A model generated the notes under the pieces. That model worked only from the letters and a program-made list of their open reading frames with translations, was not told the origin of the DNA and made no database searches. Positions 28,223 through 41,180 of a DNA stretch of 64,000 nt are shown piece after piece; within the stretch, counting starts at the first letter, position 1, and every line of letters starts with the position of its first letter. Source of the stretch: an uncultured Pelagibacteraceae bacterium (GTDB lineage Bacteria; Pseudomonadota; Alphaproteobacteria; Pelagibacterales; Pelagibacteraceae); the NCBI GenBank assembly GCA_902594235.1, contig CACJLJ010000003.1, positions 70,526 through 134,525 of the forward strand. Reading direction: 5' to 3'. The translations under genes were made by a program, and so were the position numbers.

Positions 28223-29147
28223 TGGATATTATTGAGCCTCTTTTAATTCGAGATCCAAGTTTAAATTCTCCAATTTTTTGAGGTCTTTTTCCTTGTCTCT
28301 GAATTTCAAGAATTTTAATAAATTGATTTTTATTACAGGCAATTTCAAGATTATCAGATATTACTTCTCCAGCCTTACCATTTCCATTTCCAATTTCTGC
28401 TTTTAAAATTTTATATCTTTCTCCCTTAAAATTAAAAAAGGCTCCTGGAGATGGAAATAAGCCATTTATTTTTCCTAAAATTTTAGGTGCATCCTCATTC
28501 CAATTAATTTGACCCTCAGATTTTTCAATCTTTTTTGCATAAGTCGCTTTTGTATTATCTTGTTCAACAAATTTTACCTTATCATCAATTATTTCATCAA
28601 TATTATCTAAAATTTTTTCAGCTGCTAACATCGAAAGCTGATCAGTTATTTCCTGAGCATTTTTATTATAGTCTATCTTAATTTTATAAATATTGCTTAT
28701 AGGCCCACTATCTAATTTCTCAACAATTTTCATTATACTTATGCCTGTTTCTTCATCTAAGTTCATAATTGATCTCTGTATAGGTGCTGCACCTCTCCAT
28801 TTAGGAAGTATCGAGCCATGTATATTAATAAAACCTTTTTTTGTTAAGTTTAAATATTCCTTTGGTATGATTTGTCCATAAGCAACAACAATTGCAAGAT
28901 CAGCATTTAAGTTTTTAATAAAATCATATTCATCTTGATTATTTTTAAGCGTATCAGGTAACCTTAAATCTAAGTTTAATGTTTCCGAAATTCCTTGAAC
29001 CGGCGACTTATTAATCTTTTGACCACGATGAGACTTTTGTGGAGGTTGAGTATATACTGCAGATATAGTGTAGCCATTTTGATATAAAGATTTCAAAATT
29101 GGGACAGCAAACATAGGTGTGCCCATGAAAATAATTTTTTTTGACAT
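28215..29147 (-). CDS. fmt: Methionyl-tRNA formyltransferase
   Basis: FMGTP, VVAYG, NIHGSILPKWRGAAP, LDSGP. Confidence 0.97.
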   Translation of the reverse strand: MSKKIIFMGTPMFAVPILKSLYQNGYTISAVYTQPPQKSHRGQKINKSPVQGISETLNLDLRLPDTLKNNQDEYDFIKNLNADLAIVVAYGQIIPKEYLNLTKKGFINIHGSILPKWRGAAPIQRSIMNLDEETGISIMKIVEKLDSGPISNIYKIKIDYNKNAQEITDQLSMLAAEKILDNIDEIIDDKVKFVEQDNTKATYAKKIEKSEGQINWNEDAPKILGKINGLFPSPGAFFNFKGERYKILKAEIGNGNGKAGEVISDNLEIACNKNQFIKILEIQRQGKRPQKIGEFKLGSRIKRGSIISNV

Positions 29148-29150
29148 TTA

Positions 29151-29666
29151 TTAAACTACTATCCGAGTAGATTTAGCCTTAGATAGTTTCTTAATAATCA
29201 TAGATTTTTTTAATTTAGATAAATAGTCAATAAATAGTATACCTTCTAAATGATCCATCTCGTGTTGAATACAAGTAGCTAGTAAACCTTGTGCTTTTAA
29301 AATTTTTTTATTTCCATAATAATCTAAATATTCCACTTCACATTCTTTTGGTCTCGCTACTTCAGCAAATTGGTTTGGAACAGATAAACATCCTTCCTCA
29401 TAAGTAGATTTTTTTATGTCTCTATTCTTTATAATTGGATTCACAAAATATCTTGGTTCTTTTTTTTCATTCTTACTTAAATCCATCACAATGATTCTTT
29501 TTGGTATACCTATTTGAATTGCAGCTAAACCAATGCCATTTGCTGAATACATTGTATCCAACATATCATCCATTAATTTTTTTTCCTCAGCACCAACACT
29601 CTCTACAGGCTTGGAGATCTGTCTCAGTAATGGATTGGGCTCAGTTAAAATAGTTTTTACAGTCAT
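29151..29666 (-). CDS. def: Peptide deformylase
   Basis: GIGLAA, EGCLS, QHEMDH. Confidence 0.97.
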   Translation of the reverse strand: MTVKTILTEPNPLLRQISKPVESVGAEEKKLMDDMLDTMYSANGIGLAAIQIGIPKRIIVMDLSKNEKKEPRYFVNPIIKNRDIKKSTYEEGCLSVPNQFAEVARPKECEVEYLDYYGNKKILKAQGLLATCIQHEMDHLEGILFIDYLSKLKKSMIIKKLSKAKSTRIVV

Positions 29667-29698
29667 AACTCCATTAATACATTATTTTATTCTAATTT

Positions 29699-31471
29699 TT
29701 AAACTTTTAAAGGAAGAACTTTTAACAAAATTTTATTTCGTAACAAGTCGATATCTAATTGATTTAAGGTACTTATTATAAAGTAAATTGTATCTTCATC
29801 TATTCTATCTAGTCGATCTTGACCTATTACTTCTGCAATTCTCAATAAAGCAATACCCTTTTCATTATTATTAATCATAACCTGAATATCAGTGGGAATT
29901 TCAGATGGATCTATTTGATATAAATCATCATATTTTTTTGAAATTTCTATTTCATCAAATTTTAAAGACTCTAAAAAGATCTGGTCTTTTTTTGAAAAAA
30001 AATACTTCTTATTTTTTTTTATTTTTTTTAAAAAGTTCTCAACTTCTTTTTCAATCTTTGACTTTGAATAATTTCCATTAAAATAATCTATAAGTTTTGA
30101 TTGATGTAATACATCATTATTAAACTTTATATTTTCTTTATTTTGTTCTGTAATTTTTATATTCGTGTAATAAAAGCTTGTTAAATTATCAGGAACATCT
30201 ACTGGATTTATTTTTTCCAAATATTCTTTTAAATGAACATCAAACGCTTCACCAATATTATCTTTTAAAAATAAATTTTTTAATAATTTAAGTAATTTTA
30301 ATTTTTCATTCATTTCCGACTCTAAAAGTATCTTTTGATATATTAATGCTCTTGCCTCAATATTAGATAAAGTTTTATAATATTTTTCAGCATCTAAAAG
30401 TTGATTAATATTAAATTGAAATCGCTTGTAAATTTCAAATAATTCTTTTTCAGAATAATTTTTGTTATGAGTTGCTTTTTCTAAAGTTGAAATCTTGTCT
30501 AATTCTGAAATTTCTATCTTTTGAAAAGAAGAGAGCAAATTTGAAGAAGCAAGATACTTCCAAATTATTTTACTTGTATTTTCATTAGGTTCAAAATTAA
30601 AATCTTGGATTGTTTGATGTGCTAGATGAAAATTTAGTATATTTTTATCTGATATACTTTTGTCTTCTAGAGTATTAAATCCAAGTAAAAAATTAATCTT
30701 TTTTTCAAAATATTCATCTTTAAAACCTAATTCTTTTTTTAAATCAAAAATAAGTTGTGCTTGTTCTTTTCTGTCATTTATAATTAAACAATAAATCTTG
30801 AATTTTGAAAGATAATTATCTTCGATCACATCATCAAATTTGAAGAGTATTTGACAAGACCTCTCAACTTTAGCCTCGGACAAATATTGATCGACAAGAT
30901 ATTTTGTTAATTTAGGGTGAAGATTTATAATTTGATTCTTAATCAAATATTCTTCAATTAAATCTAAATCAGAATTCTTTATTAACCACTCTGACTTAAG
31001 CTTTAGAAAATCTTTTTCTGAGATATTTTTTTTTGGTAAGTACGCATTAGTCATTAAAGAAATTTTTACTATTTCATTTGCATCTTCAGAAAGTTTCATA
31101 TTATTCAATTTTTTTAAAATGATTTTTAATTGATCACCATCAGAATTTGACCACATATCAATATTAAGACTATTATCCTCAGGATCATATAGTCCCAATA
31201 TCTTAATTTCTTCATAATCTAAATTTTCATCTAACTTAATAGAGGTTTTTTTTTTTTGTGATTGCATTTTAAAAATATCTGAAACATTGTTGGTATCATT
31301 GATTGTGATGTTTTCATTATCATTTAGAGAATCTGTAGTAGTATTTTCAATTTTTTTTTTATCAATATCCCAAATATCGATTGGCTCTTCCTCAGCAAGT
31401 AATTTAAATTGAAATAAAAAAATAAATAAAATAAAAAAAACTCTTTTATTTAATAATTTTGAAATTTTCAT
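29699..31471 (-). CDS. Exported/membrane-anchored helical hypothetical protein (590 aa)
   Basis: N-terminal signal/TM segment, GLYD..WS.S block, no enzyme motifs seen; overlaps the upstream small membrane ORF. Confidence 0.75.
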   Translation of the reverse strand: MKISKLLNKRVFFILFIFLFQFKLLAEEEPIDIWDIDKKKIENTTTDSLNDNENITINDTNNVSDIFKMQSQKKKTSIKLDENLDYEEIKILGLYDPEDNSLNIDMWSNSDGDQLKIILKKLNNMKLSEDANEIVKISLMTNAYLPKKNISEKDFLKLKSEWLIKNSDLDLIEEYLIKNQIINLHPKLTKYLVDQYLSEAKVERSCQILFKFDDVIEDNYLSKFKIYCLIINDRKEQAQLIFDLKKELGFKDEYFEKKINFLLGFNTLEDKSISDKNILNFHLAHQTIQDFNFEPNENTSKIIWKYLASSNLLSSFQKIEISELDKISTLEKATHNKNYSEKELFEIYKRFQFNINQLLDAEKYYKTLSNIEARALIYQKILLESEMNEKLKLLKLLKNLFLKDNIGEAFDVHLKEYLEKINPVDVPDNLTSFYYTNIKITEQNKENIKFNNDVLHQSKLIDYFNGNYSKSKIEKEVENFLKKIKKNKKYFFSKKDQIFLESLKFDEIEISKKYDDLYQIDPSEIPTDIQVMINNNEKGIALLRIAEVIGQDRLDRIDEDTIYFIISTLNQLDIDLLRNKILLKVLPLKV

Positions 31472-31625
31472 TCGGAATTATTTTTTCTATTAACTTCTTT
31501 GGTGCTGGAAAATCTATTCTACTCAAGAAAAAAACTAGTCCAAAAATTATTATTAAAGCTAAAGCTATTTTTGTTATTAAACTTAAAATAGTCACTCTCG
31601 AACTTGTTTTTTTTATAAATTGCAT
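31446..31625 (-). CDS. 59-aa single-pass membrane protein (not in ORF track)
   Basis: MQFIKKTSSRVTILSLITKIALALIIIFGLVFFLSRIDFPAPKKLIEKIIPNENFKIIK; divergent from aroK and overlapping the next start. Confidence 0.75.
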   Translation of the reverse strand: MQFIKKTSSRVTILSLITKIALALIIIFGLVFFLSRIDFPAPKKLIEKIIPNENFKIIK

Positions 31626-31682
31626 ATAGTTTTAGTTAATTTCAAATTAAGACATATTTGTGTTTTTTCAATAAAGAAACTT

Positions 31683-32195
31683 ATGAATTCAAAAGGAAAT
31701 ATTGTTTTTTTAGGTATGATGGGGTCTGGAAAGAGTTCAATAGGCAGGTTAATTTCTAAAAAACTTAAACTTGATTTTTACGATGTAGACAAAGAGATAG
31801 AAAAAAAACTTAAAATGAAAATTTCAAAAATATTTATAGAAAAAGGTGAAACTTATTTTAGAAATTATGAGGAAAAAGTTGCTCTTAATTTATTAAAAAA
31901 AAATAATATAATTATAGCTCTTGGAGGTGGTACATTTCTTAATGATAATGTTAGAAAAGAGATCATAACGAATCACATATCTTTTTGGCTTAACTGGGAT
32001 GACAAAGTTTTGATAGACAGAATTAAAAAGACCCAAAAAAGACCTATTGCAATGAAATTAAATGAAACTCAATTAAAAAATCTTATAAAGAAACGATCAA
32101 ACATTTACTGTAAAGCATTATATAAAATCAATTGTAACCAATTAAAAAAAAATGAAATAACCGATAAGATTTTAAAAATATATGAAAAGATTTAA
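31683..32195 (+). CDS. aroK: Shikimate kinase (start corrected to ATG 31683)
   Basis: GMMGSGKS P-loop, DVD, GETYFR, LGGG, RP. Confidence 0.95.
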   Translation: MNSKGNIVFLGMMGSGKSSIGRLISKKLKLDFYDVDKEIEKKLKMKISKIFIEKGETYFRNYEEKVALNLLKKNNIIIALGGGTFLNDNVRKEIITNHISFWLNWDDKVLIDRIKKTQKRPIAMKLNETQLKNLIKKRSNIYCKALYKINCNQLKKNEITDKILKIYEKI

Positions 32196-33288
32196 ACTAA
32201 TTGTTGAAACAAATTCTCAAAATTATCCTATTATAATTGGATCAAACTTAGTTAACAATTTAAATATAATTTTGAAAAATAATTCACTGGAATTAAAAAA
32301 ATGCTTACTTGTAATAGATAAAAATGTTCCAAAAAAGTTTATTTTTAAAATTAAAAAATCATTAAAAAATAAAAATAAATTTTTTTATTTTTTCAAAGCT
32401 AGTGAAAAAAATAAAAATCAAAAAACTTCTAATAATATTTTAAAAATTTTACTAGATAAAAACTTTTCAAGACAAGATTATTTAATTAGTGTTGGTGGAG
32501 GAATCACAGGTGATATTAGTGGGTTCGCTGCAAGTCTTTTTAAAAGAGGACTTAATTTTATAAATATTCCAACAACACTATTATCTCAAGTTGATTCATC
32601 CGTAGGAGGTAAAACTGGAGTTAACACTAAACATGGAAAAAATTTAATTGGAAGTTTTTACCAGCCAAAAATCGTAATTGCTGATACTGATTTTTTGAAA
32701 ACTTTACCAAAAAGAGAAGTTTTATGTGGTTACGGCGAAATTTTAAAACACTCTATTATTGCGAACAAAAAATTTTATGATTTTCTTAATAAAAATTTTT
32801 TAAAAATTCTAAATCTTAAACCTTCAATCATTGATAAAACTATTTTCGAAAGTTGCAAAATAAAAAAAAATATAATTAAACGAGATGAAAAAGAAAAAAG
32901 TTTAAGAAAAGTTCTAAATTTCGGACACACATTTGGTCATGCTTTTGAAGCTACTTTAAATTATTCTAACAAATTAAATCATGGTGAAGCAGTTTTATTA
33001 GGAATGAATACTGCGGTAAAATTTAGTTACAAGATTAATCTACTAAGAAAAAAAGATTATTATTCTATTACTAAACATATTAAAAGTTCAAACTTACCCA
33101 ATGATTTAAAATCTTACTTTGGTATAAAACACTTAAATAAGATCTTAGCGTTTATGATGAATGATAAAAAGAATAACTCTGAAAAAATAAATTTAATTTT
33201 GATTAAAAAAATTGGAAAACCTATAATCAATGAAGTTTTCAATAAAAATAAATTAAAATCATTTTTAAAAAAAGAATTAATTAATTAG
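32182..33288 (+). CDS. aroB: 3-dehydroquinate synthase
   Basis: GGGITGD, PTTLLSQVDSSVGGKTG, LNFGHTFGHA, HGEAV. Confidence 0.96.
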   Translation: MKRFKLIVETNSQNYPIIIGSNLVNNLNIILKNNSLELKKCLLVIDKNVPKKFIFKIKKSLKNKNKFFYFFKASEKNKNQKTSNNILKILLDKNFSRQDYLISVGGGITGDISGFAASLFKRGLNFINIPTTLLSQVDSSVGGKTGVNTKHGKNLIGSFYQPKIVIADTDFLKTLPKREVLCGYGEILKHSIIANKKFYDFLNKNFLKILNLKPSIIDKTIFESCKIKKNIIKRDEKEKSLRKVLNFGHTFGHAFEATLNYSNKLNHGEAVLLGMNTAVKFSYKINLLRKKDYYSITKHIKSSNLPNDLKSYFGIKHLNKILAFMMNDKKNNSEKINLILIKKIGKPIINEVFNKNKLKSFLKKELIN

Positions 33289-33537
33289 TATTTGTATAGA
33301 ATGAATTGACTCTTTCATTTCATTCTCTAAAACCTTATAAATAATTTTGTTACTATCTATTCTGCTCATTTCTCTCAGTTCCTTTGAGTCTATCGAAATC
33401 TTTAAATGAAATTTATTTTTACTGTTTCCAGAATGATTTTTATGCAAAAAAGATTTATCTTCAATTTTTATATTTTCAATTAAAATTTTATTTTGTAATT
33501 TTTTTTTTACAATTGAAATTAAATCATTAATATTCAT
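33277..33537 (-). CDS. bolA: BolA-family protein
   Basis: IEDKSFLH..H, FHLKI, R....IY..L, IHSIQI pattern; adjacent to aroB. Confidence 0.75.
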   Translation of the reverse strand: MNINDLISIVKKKLQNKILIENIKIEDKSFLHKNHSGNSKNKFHLKISIDSKELREMSRIDSNKIIYKVLENEMKESIHSIQILIN

Positions 33538-33558
33538 AAATTATAAATATAATATAAC

Positions 33559-34086
33559 ATGAAAAATATATGTGATTGGAATAATTGTAAAAAATTAGGT
33601 GAATATAAAGCACCAGTAGAAAAGGATAATAGCAAAAAATACAGAATGTTATGTTTAGAACATGTTAAAGAATTCAATAAAAATTGGAATTATTTTTCAG
33701 GCATGAGTGACAATCAAGTAATCAATTTTTTAAAATCTGATATGGTATGGCACAAACCAACTCAAAGTTTTAGTTCTTCAGATAATTTTTTCAAAGTTTT
33801 ATGGAACAATACACTTAAAGATGAAAATGATATTAGTAAATCTAAAAGTGATTTTGATCATATGCGTCAATTTAAATTTGACCATAAAGATATAAAAGCC
33901 TTTGGTATATTGGGAATTTCAGTAGGTATGGGATGGCAAAAAATTCAAAAAAAATTCAAAATGCTTGTCAAAAAATTTCACCCTGATATGAATTCTGGAA
34001 ATAAAAAATACGAGGAAAAACTTAAATTAATTACATTAGCTTATACTCAGTTAAAAAATACTTATAGAGAAAAAATTGACACCTAA
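33559..34086 (+). CDS. J-domain co-chaperone with N-terminal Cys/His knuckle
   Basis: CDWNNC...CLEH at the N-terminus; KKFHPD J-domain at the C-terminus. Confidence 0.88.
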   Translation: MKNICDWNNCKKLGEYKAPVEKDNSKKYRMLCLEHVKEFNKNWNYFSGMSDNQVINFLKSDMVWHKPTQSFSSSDNFFKVLWNNTLKDENDISKSKSDFDHMRQFKFDHKDIKAFGILGISVGMGWQKIQKKFKMLVKKFHPDMNSGNKKYEEKLKLITLAYTQLKNTYREKIDT

Positions 34087-35050
34087 CTTAAACATTCAGC
34101 CTGACATTAAAGTATCACTTAAGCAAACTTTTGGAATCGACTCCGAAATGGAAGTGGATGCATTCTCAAAAAAAAGTGAATATGTTCCTGAAATTGATAA
34201 AAATTATAAATTCGATAGAGATACCACACTTGCAATTATTTCTGGATTTGCATTTAATAAAAGAGTTTTAATTCAAGGGTACCACGGAACAGGTAAATCA
34301 ACACACATAGAACAAATTGCTGCAAGATTAAATTGGCCTTGCATACGTGTTAATCTTGATAGTCATATTAGTAGAATTGATTTGATCGGGAAAGATGCAA
34401 TAGTTTTAGAGGATGGAAAACAAATTACTCAATTTAAGGAGGGTATTTTACCATGGTCTATCCAAAATCCAGTTGCATTAGTTTTTGATGAATATGATGC
34501 TGGAAGACCAGATGTGATGTTTGTAATCCAGAGAGTTCTTGAAGCTGAAGGAAGCTTTACACTTCTTGATAAAAACAAAGTTATTAAACAAAATAAATTT
34601 TTTAGATTATTTGCTACTTCTAATACTGTTGGGCTAGGAGATACTAGTGGATTGTATCATGGTACGCAGCAAATTAATCAAGGTCAAATGGACAGATGGA
34701 ACATTGTAACTACTCTAAATTATCTAAGCTTAGAAAAAGAAATGGAAATTATTTTAGCTAAAAATAAAAATCTCAATAATCAAAAAGGTAAAGAAAAAGT
34801 TTCTAATATGATTAAAGTTGCTTCATTAACAAGGAAAGGATTTATAGCTGGTGATATTTCAACAGTAATGAGCCCTCGAACAGTTTTGCATTGGGCAGAA
34901 AATACAGAAATTTTTAATGATATAGGTTACGCTTTTAGAGTAACATTTTTAAATAAATGTGATGAAATAGAGAAGAACACTATAGCTGAATATTATCAGA
35001 GATGTTTTGGTGAAGATTTACCTGAGTCTTTAGTCAATATTCAAATCTAA
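34076..35050 (+). CDS. cobS: CobS-family AAA+ ATPase
   Basis: GYHGTGKS Walker A, LVFDEYD Walker B, QMDRW, MSPRT. Confidence 0.92.
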   Translation: MTPNLNIQPDIKVSLKQTFGIDSEMEVDAFSKKSEYVPEIDKNYKFDRDTTLAIISGFAFNKRVLIQGYHGTGKSTHIEQIAARLNWPCIRVNLDSHISRIDLIGKDAIVLEDGKQITQFKEGILPWSIQNPVALVFDEYDAGRPDVMFVIQRVLEAEGSFTLLDKNKVIKQNKFFRLFATSNTVGLGDTSGLYHGTQQINQGQMDRWNIVTTLNYLSLEKEMEIILAKNKNLNNQKGKEKVSNMIKVASLTRKGFIAGDISTVMSPRTVLHWAENTEIFNDIGYAFRVTFLNKCDEIEKNTIAEYYQRCFGEDLPESLVNIQI

Positions 35051-36856
35051 ATGAATGACAATAAAGGAAATAATTTAAAAGAAAAACTAATACAGGCTTT
35101 AACCTCAACTGCTAAAGTAATTTCAGATGATCTAAGTCCAAAAGAGACCTCTAAGGTAAATAAAAGTTCCGATAAATTTGAATTTTTTAATTTAGAAAAA
35201 TTAAATTCAAAAAGTGATTTTATTAAAGCCAGAGCTGAATCTGACTCCTCTGCTCTTAAAAAAAAATTTTCTAATGATCAAATATTCAAAAAAAATTTAC
35301 CCTTAAATTCATCTTGTAAATCACTTTATGCTATAGCAGAAAAAATAAGATACGAGACACTTGGTTCAAGAATGCTTGTAGGAATTGAAAAAAATCTCAA
35401 AAATAATTATAATCAAATAATTGAGTTAAAAAGAAAAGATCAAATCAAGTCTAAAGATGATGTTCCAATAATAGAGGCTTTTGAACTTTATATGCTCAAA
35501 AAATTTCATAATATTGAACTCAATACTTTAACAAGCAACATGCTGAGTTTTTGGGAAAAAGATTTTGATAAAGCTATAGAAAAACATCTTAAATTTTTGA
35601 AGGAAAATCTAGAATTTCAAAATAATTATTCCTCAAAATTTTCAGAAATATTACAAGAAATGGAGATTTTTCAAAATGATGATGATGATCAGACTGAAAA
35701 TACAAATAACCAAGATGAGCAAAATAACCCATCGAATGATGATCAAGAAAGCAATAATGATGACTCAAAAGAACAAGATAAAACAGAGGAGACTGATGCT
35801 AGTTTAGATTCAGATTATGATATCGATGAATATAAATTAGATGAGCAATTAGTAGACACGGACTCTACCCAACAAAGCAACGAGCAAGTAATACAAAAGA
35901 AAAAAATTGATGACTTAAATCACGATTACAAAATTTTTACCAATCAATTTGATGAAACTACAAAAGCTGAAAATCTTGAAAATTTTGAGGATGCAATAAA
36001 ATTAAGAAAAACATTAGATCAACAATTAATAGGTTTTCAGGATGTAATCACAAAACTTGCGAATAAACTTCAAAGACAATTATTAGCAAAACAAAATCGT
36101 GCATGGGAATTTGATTTAGAAGAAGGACTTTTAGACAGTTCAAAACTTCCAAGGATAATAATAGATCCTTATAATTCATTATCTTTTAAGAAAGAGAAAG
36201 ATTTAGAGTTTAAAGATACCATTGTTACTTTATTAATCGATAATTCTGGTTCTATGAGGGGTAGACCAATAACTATAGCAGCAATTTGTGCTGATATACT
36301 ATCAAGAACTCTTGAGCGATGCTCTGTGAAGGTTGAAATTTTAGGATTTACTACAAAGAATTGGAAAGGTGGTCAAAGTCGTGAACTTTGGAATAAAAGA
36401 AATAAACCAAAAACTCCAGGTAGATTGAATGACTTACGACACATAATATATAAAGGTGCTGACACTCAGTGGAGACAGGCAAAAAATAATATTGGTTTAA
36501 TGTTAAAAGAGGGACTACTCAAAGAAAATATTGATGGGGAAGCAATATCTTGGGCATTCAGCAGGTTAAAAAAAAGGAAGGAGGAAAGAAAAATATTAAT
36601 GGTGATTTCCGATGGTGCTCCTGTGGATGACTCAACTCTATCTGTAAATTCTGGAGATTTTTTAGAAAAACATCTAAAAAAAATTGTAAAATTTATTGAA
36701 GATAAGTCAGATATAGAAATTTTAGCGATAGGAATAGGACATGATGTATCCAGATATTACAATCGAGCAATTAAAATAACTGATGTGAACGAACTTGGAG
36801 ATGTAATGATTTCACAATTAAGTTCATTATTTGATAAAAAAAAATACCTACATTAA
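35051..36856 (+). CDS. cobT: CobT-family vWA protein
   Basis: Acidic linker; [15 protein letters not shown]; [10 protein letters not shown]; ISDGAPVD. Confidence 0.92.
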   Translation: MNDNKGNNLKEKLIQALTSTAKVISDDLSPKETSKVNKSSDKFEFFNLEKLNSKSDFIKARAESDSSALKKKFSNDQIFKKNLPLNSSCKSLYAIAEKIRYETLGSRMLVGIEKNLKNNYNQIIELKRKDQIKSKDDVPIIEAFELYMLKKFHNIELNTLTSNMLSFWEKDFDKAIEKHLKFLKENLEFQNNYSSKFSEILQEMEIFQNDDDDQTENTNNQDEQNNPSNDDQESNNDDSKEQDKTEETDASLDSDYDIDEYKLDEQLVDTDSTQQSNEQVIQKKKIDDLNHDYKIFTNQFDETTKAENLENFEDAIKLRKTLDQQLIGFQDVITKLANKLQRQLLAKQNRAWEFDLEEGLLDSSKLPRIIIDPYNSLSFKKEKDLEFKDTIVTLLIDNSGSMRGRPITIAAICADILSRTLERCSVKVEILGFTTKNWKGGQSRELWNKRNKPKTPGRLNDLRHIIYKGADTQWRQAKNNIGLMLKEGLLKENIDGEAISWAFSRLKKRKEERKILMVISDGAPVDDSTLSVNSGDFLEKHLKKIVKFIEDKSDIEILAIGIGHDVSRYYNRAIKITDVNELGDVMISQLSSLFDKKKYLH

Positions 36857-38133
36857 ATTTTAAATAAATCATTATTTTTCCACTTAATACTTACTTCTGC
36901 ACCACCTCTTGTTTGTGAATTCCAACAATTTACACTAGCAAAATTTTTTTCAAGTAAAGTTTTTCCAATAAAAATACCTAAACCTAATCCACTTTTACCT
37001 TTATCTAATGACTTAAAAGATTTTAGATATGGTTCGCCAATTTTTGACAATATATCATTTGGATATCCATTTCCGTCATCCTCAATTAAAATCTCTGTTG
37101 TTTCATTATTACTCTTCAAACTGATAAATATTTTTTTGGAACTAAACTTATTTGCATTTCCAATAAAATTTCTCAAACCGTAAATAATTTCAAGAGATTT
37201 TGTAATTTTTTTTGAGTTCGAATTTTGATCGAAGTTTAAAATAAATTCTTTATCACTTGTCTCTTTAAATGAAGATACAATTTCTTTAATATATTCACTC
37301 ATACTTATATCTTCGTCAATAAAACCATCTTCCTCATAAGGATTGAGTGATAATCTTTTTAATATCTGATTACATCTTTCAACTTGGCTAGACAATAATC
37401 TAATATCTTGAATAACCTCCTTATTTCCCTTTAATTGTTTTGAAAGCTCTAATGTTATAATCTTAATTGTAGATAAGGGTGTTCCTAAAGAATGTGCTGC
37501 TGCAGCTGCTTGGCCACCTAATGATAACATTTCATGTTCTTTTGCCATTACCTCTTCCATCTTATTCAAAGCTTCTTTTCTAATTCTCGACTCAGATCCG
37601 AAAATAATTGCAAAATAATTTAGAAAAACTAAGGCAATAATTAGCGCAATGGGTATCGAATAATAATAGTAAGGATCTACATGAAAGTGATTATTCAAAG
37701 GTGAAGGTAATTCTTTAGAGTAAAAAGTTAAAAAGATAATCAATGCTATGGTTGTTATCACTAAAAGTAAATTAGTTCTTAAACCCAAACTTGAAGATGC
37801 AAAAACACTCGGAATTAGTAGGAAAATAACGAATGGATTTACAATCCCTCCAGTTAAATAAATCAAAACGCTCAATTGAAATATATCTATTAATAAAAAA
37901 ATTAAAGAAGATCTATCAGATAATTGGGTTTTCTTATAAATAAAGATCAAATAAAAATTACTTAAAATTCCAACTAAAATAACAATATTTGATAGAATAA
38001 ATTCAAAATCAAAGTTTAAAAAAAAATATACAAAATAAATAGATATTAATTGCCCAAGTATACCTATCCATCTTAAAGATATATAAGTAGACTTTTTTAA
38101 AGAATAATACTTTGAAGTTTCAAAAAACTTCAT
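36853..38133 (-). CDS. regB: RegB/PrrB/ActS-family redox sensor histidine kinase
   Basis: TM domain with GGIVNPF quinone motif; H-box AAAHSLGTP; VERC redox Cys; N, G1 and G2 boxes. Confidence 0.9.
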   Translation of the reverse strand: MKFFETSKYYSLKKSTYISLRWIGILGQLISIYFVYFFLNFDFEFILSNIVILVGILSNFYLIFIYKKTQLSDRSSLIFLLIDIFQLSVLIYLTGGIVNPFVIFLLIPSVFASSSLGLRTNLLLVITTIALIIFLTFYSKELPSPLNNHFHVDPYYYYSIPIALIIALVFLNYFAIIFGSESRIRKEALNKMEEVMAKEHEMLSLGGQAAAAAHSLGTPLSTIKIITLELSKQLKGNKEVIQDIRLLSSQVERCNQILKRLSLNPYEEDGFIDEDISMSEYIKEIVSSFKETSDKEFILNFDQNSNSKKITKSLEIIYGLRNFIGNANKFSSKKIFISLKSNNETTEILIEDDGNGYPNDILSKIGEPYLKSFKSLDKGKSGLGLGIFIGKTLLEKNFASVNCWNSQTRGGAEVSIKWKNNDLFKI

Positions 38134-38136
38134 CTT

Positions 38137-40209
<2,073 letters not shown>

Positions 40210-40308
40210 TTATAATAATTTATTATATCATTTTTTTTTCTAAAAACAGTGTGATTAAAAATTTATAACTTTTAATAGTTAAAAAAAAGCATTGTCTATC
40301 AATGTATA

Positions 40309-41124
40309 TTAAGTCCTTTTTATGAAAGAAAAATTAATTTTAGGCCTATCTTCAAAACACTCAAAATCTAGACCAGAAATAGGAAAGTTATACCGAAAAA
40401 GTTTATTATTATTTTGGTAATTTTTTCGATTTATAAAACTTATTTCAACAACATCAAAAAAATAATTATTTTTTTTAACTTTTTTATAATTATTTGCATG
40501 TAGATGAATTATTTGAAATCTTTTATTTAATTTTTTAATAGACTTTTCAAAAATTTTTTTATTTTCATTTATCCAATGAAATTCAATTATCAACATTTGT
40601 ATTTTATTGTGAAATTTTAAAACTTGATTTATTATCTTATATTCATCACCTTCTATATCTATTTTTAGTAAATTATCTTTTTCTAAATTTATCCTAGAAA
40701 AAATTTGATCTAAAGAAACATGAGCAGAATTTAAACACTTTGGAACAACTTTTTGTTTATAAACTTTTACATTCTTTTTTGAGATAAAATTTTTAAATTT
40801 TACAAAATTATTTATGCTATAAATTACCGCAGAAAATTTACATCTAAATAATAAAAATCTTCTTATGTATTTAAAAATAATTTTGAAAAACAATCCAAAA
40901 TTTACACTATAATCGTAAAGATATATTTTTTTTGTGAATTTTAATTCATCAAAATCCCTTTCAAAAGATGTATCATCACCAACACCTAAGGAAATTAAAT
41001 TCTTACATTTTTTTAAGGTTTTATCACAAACAATATAACCTCCGTCAAAATTTCTACCAAGCCTAATCATTTTTTTCACTTTAGCTGGTATTAAGAAGTT
41101 AAGCTCGGATTTTAAAAAAATCAT
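40309..41124 (-). CDS. FkbM/Methyltransf_22-like SAM-dependent methyltransferase
   Basis: RLG..DGGY, SLGV.DD.SFE, LKIDIEGDEY, HLHANN. Confidence 0.7.
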   Translation of the reverse strand: MIFLKSELNFLIPAKVKKMIRLGRNFDGGYIVCDKTLKKCKNLISLGVGDDTSFERDFDELKFTKKIYLYDYSVNFGLFFKIIFKYIRRFLLFRCKFSAVIYSINNFVKFKNFISKKNVKVYKQKVVPKCLNSAHVSLDQIFSRINLEKDNLLKIDIEGDEYKIINQVLKFHNKIQMLIIEFHWINENKKIFEKSIKKLNKRFQIIHLHANNYKKVKKNNYFFDVVEISFINRKNYQNNNKLFRYNFPISGLDFECFEDRPKINFSFIKRT

Positions 41125-41180
41125 TAATCATTTTTACTATACAAAATTTAAATTAAAATATAAAAAAATTATTAAAATAA

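Noticed and set aside
31620-31682. TTG-initiated N-terminal extension of aroK
   Set aside because: It overlaps the start of the divergent 59-aa ORF, and the P-loop position fits ATG 31683.
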